64,000 nucleotides of DNA from Candidatus Eiseniibacteriota bacterium (GTDB lineage: Bacteria > Eisenbacteria > RBG-16-71-46), in NCBI GenBank assembly GCA_963776245.1, contig CAVZLN010000006.1, forward strand, positions 608,001 to 672,000, in the 5' to 3' direction. Under the pieces are notes generated by a model, which was given only the letters and a program-made list of their open reading frames with translations, ran no database searches and had not been told where the DNA came from. The position numbers and the translations under genes are program-made. Shown in pieces: positions 59,930 through 64,000 of this stretch (position 1 is the stretch's first letter; each line of letters starts with the position of its first letter).

Positions 59930-60706
59930 ATGTACCAGATCGACATGCGGGGCAAGCACGCGCTGGTGATGGGCGTGGCCAACCACCGCAGCCTGTCGTG
60001 GTCGATCGCGGAGCACCTGTCGAAGGCCGGTGCACGCGTCTGCCTGACCTACGCGAACGAGCGGCTCCAGCCGATGGTGGAGGAACTGGCGGCCACGCTG
60101 CCGCACGCGTTCACCGCCGAGTGCGACGTCACCAAGGACTACCAGATCGACGAGGTGCGCAAGAAGATCGAGGGGCGCTGGGGCTCGCTCGACGTGCTGG
60201 TGCACGGCATCGCGTTCGCGCGCAAGGCGGACCTCGAGGGCAGCTTCGTCGCCACCCCGCGCGACGGCTTCCAGCTCGCGCTCGACGTGAGCGCCTACTC
60301 GTTCATCAACGTGACCCACCGCATGCTCCCGCTGCTCGAGATCGAGGGCGGCAGCATCGTGACCCTCACCTACCTCGCCGCCCAGCGCGCCATCCCCAAC
60401 TACAACGTGATGGGGAGCGCCAAGGCGGTGCTCGAGCAGAGCACGCGCCAGATGGCCTACGAGCTGGGGCCGAAGAACATCCGCGTCAACTGCATCTCGG
60501 CCGGTCCGGTGAACACGCTCGCGGCGCGTGGCATCCGCGGCTTCACCGACATGCTCAAGGAGCACGGCGGCGCGGCGCCGCTCGAGCGCAACATCACCAA
60601 GGACGAGGTGGGCAGCGCCGCCCTGTTCCTGCTCAGCGACATGGCGAGCGGGATCACCGGGACGACGCTCTACGTGGACGCCGGCTGGCACATCCTCGGG
60701 ATGTGA
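59930..60706 (+). CDS. fabI: Enoyl-ACP reductase
   Basis: MGVANHRSLSW, VHGIAFA, YNVMGSAK, RVNCISAGPVNTLAA and YVDAG. SD AAGGAGG. Confidence 0.95.
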   Translation: MYQIDMRGKHALVMGVANHRSLSWSIAEHLSKAGARVCLTYANERLQPMVEELAATLPHAFTAECDVTKDYQIDEVRKKIEGRWGSLDVLVHGIAFARKADLEGSFVATPRDGFQLALDVSAYSFINVTHRMLPLLEIEGGSIVTLTYLAAQRAIPNYNVMGSAKAVLEQSTRQMAYELGPKNIRVNCISAGPVNTLAARGIRGFTDMLKEHGGAAPLERNITKDEVGSAALFLLSDMASGITGTTLYVDAGWHILGM

Positions 60707-60730
60707 CCGGCGCCCCGCGCCGGCGGGTCT

Positions 60731-61900
60731 CTAGCCCCCCGCCAGCCGGGCCGCTTCCTTCACCATCCACGAACCGATGATGTTGCGCTGGATCTGGTTG
60801 GTGCCCTCGTAGATCTGGGTGATCTTCGCGTCGCGCATCATCTTCTCGACCGGGTAATCGGTCATGTAACCGTACCCGCCGAAGATCTGCACCGCGTCGG
60901 TGGTGACCTTCATGGCCACGTCAGACGCGTACACCTTGGCCATCGCGCTCAGGTGCCCGATGTCCCGGATGTCACCGCGGTCCACCCGCCCGGCGAGGTC
61001 GTAGATCAGCGCCCGGGCCGCCTCGATCTGCATCCCCATGTCGGCGAGCATCCACTGCAGGCCTTGGAAGTTCATGATGCTCTGGCCGAACTGGTGGCGC
61101 GTGTGCGCGTACTTGAGGGTCTCCTCGAGCGCGCCCTCGGCGATGCCGAGCGCCTGGGCGCCCACGCCGGGACGCGAGATGTCGAAGGTCTTCATGGCGA
61201 CCATGAAGCCCTGGCCCTCCTTGCCCAGCAGGTTCGCCGCCGGGACGCGCGCGCCGTCGAAGATGAGCTCGCGCGTCACCGACGCGTGGATGCCCATCTT
61301 GGTCTCCTTCTTCCCGAACGTGAACCCGGGCGTGCCCTTCTCGATGATGAAGCACGACGCGCCGCGCGCTCCCTTCTCGGGATTCGTCAGCGCCACCGTG
61401 GTGTAGACGTCGGCCTCGCCGCCGTTGGTGATGAACACCTTGGTGCCGTTCAGGACGTACTCGTCGCCCTCGCGCCGCGCCGTGGTGCGCTGGGCGCCGG
61501 CGTCCGAGCCCGCCATCGGCTCGGTCAGGCCGAACGCGGCGAGCCGCTTCCCGGCGGCGATCGCAGGCAGGTACTTCTTCTTCTGCTCGTCGCTGCCGTG
61601 CAGCAGGATCGGGAAGGCGCCGAGCGCGGTGCCCGCGAACGCGAGCGCGATGCCGGCGCACGCCTTCGAGAGCTCCTCGGTCACCAGGCACATGTTGGTG
61701 ATGCCGTAGCCGTCCTCGACCAGGCCCTCGTAGGCGGTCGGGACGAACACCCGGAACAGGTCGACCTTCGCCAGTTCCTCGACGATGTCCCAGGGGAAGA
61801 TGTTCTCCTCGTCGTACTTCGCCCGGACCGGCTTGACCTTCTCCTCGGCGATGGTCCGCGCCAGATCGCGGATGGTCTGCTGCTCTTCGGTGAGGTGCAT
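60731..61900 (-). CDS. Acyl-CoA dehydrogenase (butyryl-CoA dehydrogenase-like)
   Basis: FGLTEPMAGSDA, LNGTKVFITNG, RHQFG, QIFGGYGY and KITQIYEGTNQIQR. Confidence 0.95.
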   Translation of the reverse strand: MHLTEEQQTIRDLARTIAEEKVKPVRAKYDEENIFPWDIVEELAKVDLFRVFVPTAYEGLVEDGYGITNMCLVTEELSKACAGIALAFAGTALGAFPILLHGSDEQKKKYLPAIAAGKRLAAFGLTEPMAGSDAGAQRTTARREGDEYVLNGTKVFITNGGEADVYTTVALTNPEKGARGASCFIIEKGTPGFTFGKKETKMGIHASVTRELIFDGARVPAANLLGKEGQGFMVAMKTFDISRPGVGAQALGIAEGALEETLKYAHTRHQFGQSIMNFQGLQWMLADMGMQIEAARALIYDLAGRVDRGDIRDIGHLSAMAKVYASDVAMKVTTDAVQIFGGYGYMTDYPVEKMMRDAKITQIYEGTNQIQRNIIGSWMVKEAARLAGG

Positions 61901-62217
61901 CGCGATCTCCATCGCCTCGATGTGGCCCCGCGGGGCCGTCACATCCCTCCGCGTCCGTCGTGGACGCGGACCCGCCGCGCGCGAGACCGGGGGGCCGGGG
62001 AGAGCGCTTCGCGATGCGGGGCCCGGTATGTCTAGCAGAAAGGTGGGCAACCCGGAAGCCCGGCGGGCCGGATGGTGATTATCGCTAGGATGGCCGCCGG
62101 CCCGCCTGATATCATTCCTGTGCTCTTTCGTACCCAGGTTGCCCCCGTGAGATCGCCTGTCGGCGATCCGGCCGCGCGGATGCCCTTGGAGCCTGACCCC
62201 CCGATCCGAGGTGAATC

Positions 62218-64000
62218 GTGTCCCGCACGTTGCTGCCCCCCGCCGTGCTCGCCGCCGCATGGGTCGCGCTCGGTTCCGCCGCGCCCGCCCGCGCGGTCAC
62301 CGTTCCGAGCGGATTCGTGGTCGAGAACGCCGTCTCCGGATCCGCCTTCTCGGGGCCGGTCGGGATGGCGTTCCTGCCCGATGGACGCTTCATCGTGTGC
62401 CAGCAGACCGGCACCGCCTACATGGTTCGCAACGGCGCCCGGCTCACGGCACCGGTGTGGAACGGCACCAACGAGGTGCTCAGCAACGGCGATCGCGGCC
62501 TGCTCGGGGTGGCGGTGGATCCGCGCTTCTTCCAGAACCACTACGTGTACTTCCTGTACACGGTGGACCCCGACTCGAACGGCGTCGACACCGACGCCAG
62601 CGGATTCGGCCGGCTGACGCGTTACACCATGCGCGCCACCGGGGACACCAACACGGTCGATCCGGCCACGCGCACCATCCTGATGGGGGTGGACTGGCGC
62701 CACGGCAAGCTCGACGGCGCCACTTCGCACAGCATCGGCTCGCTGCGCTGGGGACGCGACGGCAGCCTGCTGGTCTCGGCGGGCGAGGGCGCCGACTTCA
62801 ACCAGATGGACGCCGGGGGGCTCTACCCGGCCGCGTTCGGCAGCACCCGCACCGATCCGAATGAGGACATCGGCGCGTTCCGGGCGCAGGACATCACCAA
62901 TCTGGGCGGCAAGATCCTGCGCCTCGACCCGGCCACCGGGCTCGGCTATCCGAGCAATCCCTTCTACAACGGCGATCCGACCGCGGCGCGCTCGAAGGTA
63001 TGGGCGTACGGGTTCCGCAACCCGTTCCGATTCGGGCTGCGCCCCGGCACCGGGAGCACCGATCCCGCCGCGGGGAACCCGGGGGTGGCCTTCGTGGGAG
63101 ACGTGGGCTGGGCGACCTGGGAGGAACTGGATGTCGTCACGCTCGCGGGCCAGAACTTCGGCTGGCCGTGCAACGAGGGCTTCGGCCCCGTGCCCGTCTA
63201 CCAGAGCGCCGCCCCCGCCCACAACGGATGCGGCACCACTGGCACCGCCACCAATCCCTCGGGCTGGCGCCAGCCCGCGAGCGTGTGGCACCACACCCTG
63301 CCGACCCGCAGCGTGCCCCCGGGCGTCACGGGGATCGCGGCGGTGGGCGGCACGTTCTACGCCGACACGGTCTATCCCGGCCAGTACCGCGGGCGGTACT
63401 TCTTCGCGGACTACGGCGGCGACTGGATCCGGGCCGCGACCTTCAGCTCGACCAACAACCTGATCTCGATCGAGACGCTCGGCACCTCGATGGACGTGCC
63501 GGTGGACCTCCAGCGCAGCCCGGTCGACGGCAACCTTTACTACGTGTCCATCACCACCGGCCAGATCCGCCGCATCCGCTACACCGGCACGCCGGGCGGC
63601 AACGCGGCGCCGGTCGCGCCCGCGGTGGCCTCGCCGACCAGCGGGCCAGTGCCGCTCAGCGTGAGCTTCTCGGGCGCCGACACCTTCGACCCCGAGGGGG
63701 ACGCCCTCACCTTCGCGTGGACGTTCGGCGACGGGGGCACGTCGAGCCTCCAGAACCCCTCGCACCTCTACACCACCACGGGCACGTACACCGCCATCCT
63801 CACGGTGAGTGACGGACACGGCGGGCAGTCCCAGTCGTCCACGGTGATCACTGTGGGCGCCACGGGCTCGTTCCCCACCACGGCGGTGCTCGACAATTTC
63901 AACCGTCCCGACGGGCCGCTCGGATCGCCGTGGCTCGGCACCACCGGGCTCTCGATCTCGAGCAACCAGATGATCCATACCCTGGGGTACGCCAACCCGG
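62218..64000 (+). CDS. Secreted glucose/sorbosone dehydrogenase-like (PQQ-dependent sugar dehydrogenase) beta-propeller with a PKD domain; 3' partial and absent from the ORF track
   Basis: Hand translation gives a signal peptide ending ARA, GMAFLPDGR, GDRGLLGVAVDPRF, GGKILRLDP, WAYGFRNPFR, GDVGW...EEL and NFGWP, then the PKD motif FAWTFGDG...HLYTTTGTYTAILTVSDG. Confidence 0.88.
   Translation, partial: MSRTLLPPAVLAAAWVALGSAAPARAVTVPSGFVVENAVSGSAFSGPVGMAFLPDGRFIVCQQTGTAYMVRNGARLTAPVWNGTNEVLSNGDRGLLGVAVDPRFFQNHYVYFLYTVDPDSNGVDTDASGFGRLTRYTMRATGDTNTVDPATRTILMGVDWRHGKLDGATSHSIGSLRWGRDGSLLVSAGEGADFNQMDAGGLYPAAFGSTRTDPNEDIGAFRAQDITNLGGKILRLDPATGLGYPSNPFYNGDPTAARSKVWAYGFRNPFRFGLRPGTGSTDPAAGNPGVAFVGDVGWATWEELDVVTLAGQNFGWPCNEGFGPVPVYQSAAPAHNGCGTTGTATNPSGWRQPASVWHHTLPTRSVPPGVTGIAAVGGTFYADTVYPGQYRGRYFFADYGGDWIRAATFSSTNNLISIETLGTSMDVPVDLQRSPVDGNLYYVSITTGQIRRIRYTGTPGGNAAPVAPAVASPTSGPVPLSVSFSGADTFDPEGDALTFAWTFGDGGTSSLQNPSHLYTTTGTYTAILTVSDGHGGQSQSSTVITVGATGSFPTTAVLDNFNRPDGPLGSPWLGTTGLSISSNQMIHTLGYANP

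Overview
High-GC bacterial chromosomal window with about 50 genes and no rRNA, tRNA, CRISPR array or transposase that I can see. Several secreted proteins end in a FlgD-Ig/T9SS-CTD-like domain, which suggests (inference only) an FCB-related lineage such as Ca. Eisenbacteria. In order, it contains: the end of a GH94 glucan phosphorylase/synthase; a cold-shock protein; a lmo0937/DUF3185/OmpA/ice-binding (DUF3494) cluster behind a sigma54-like promoter; an arsR-acr3-arsP-arsEFG-like operon; a PLP decarboxylase; an arylamine N-acetyltransferase; an Xre/RES toxin-antitoxin pair; an HI0933 flavoprotein; pirin; a 14-kb four-gene DUF11 operon; lrp-lat-NUDIX/MBL-EamA; thrH; LiaF-like genes with LytS/LytTR; a heparinase II/III-like gene; an M48 peptidase; a cobalamin riboswitch with a TonB receptor and beta-propeller; trmO; a family-5 UDG; two tandem KimA-like permeases; fabI; an acyl-CoA dehydrogenase; and a partial sugar-dehydrogenase/PKD protein. 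The main finding is the DUF11 operon (23942-37981). Its DUF11 domains appear split between protein ends: an N-terminal Asn-bearing 'donor' segment and a C-terminal Lys/Asp 'acceptor' domain. Their distribution would fit a covalently linked, donor-strand-complemented fibre made of a tip adhesin, a repeating shaft, an outer-membrane barrel base and a non-catalytic chaperone-like protein. Many small frameshifts look like assembly errors and create false fusion ORFs in the supplied track.
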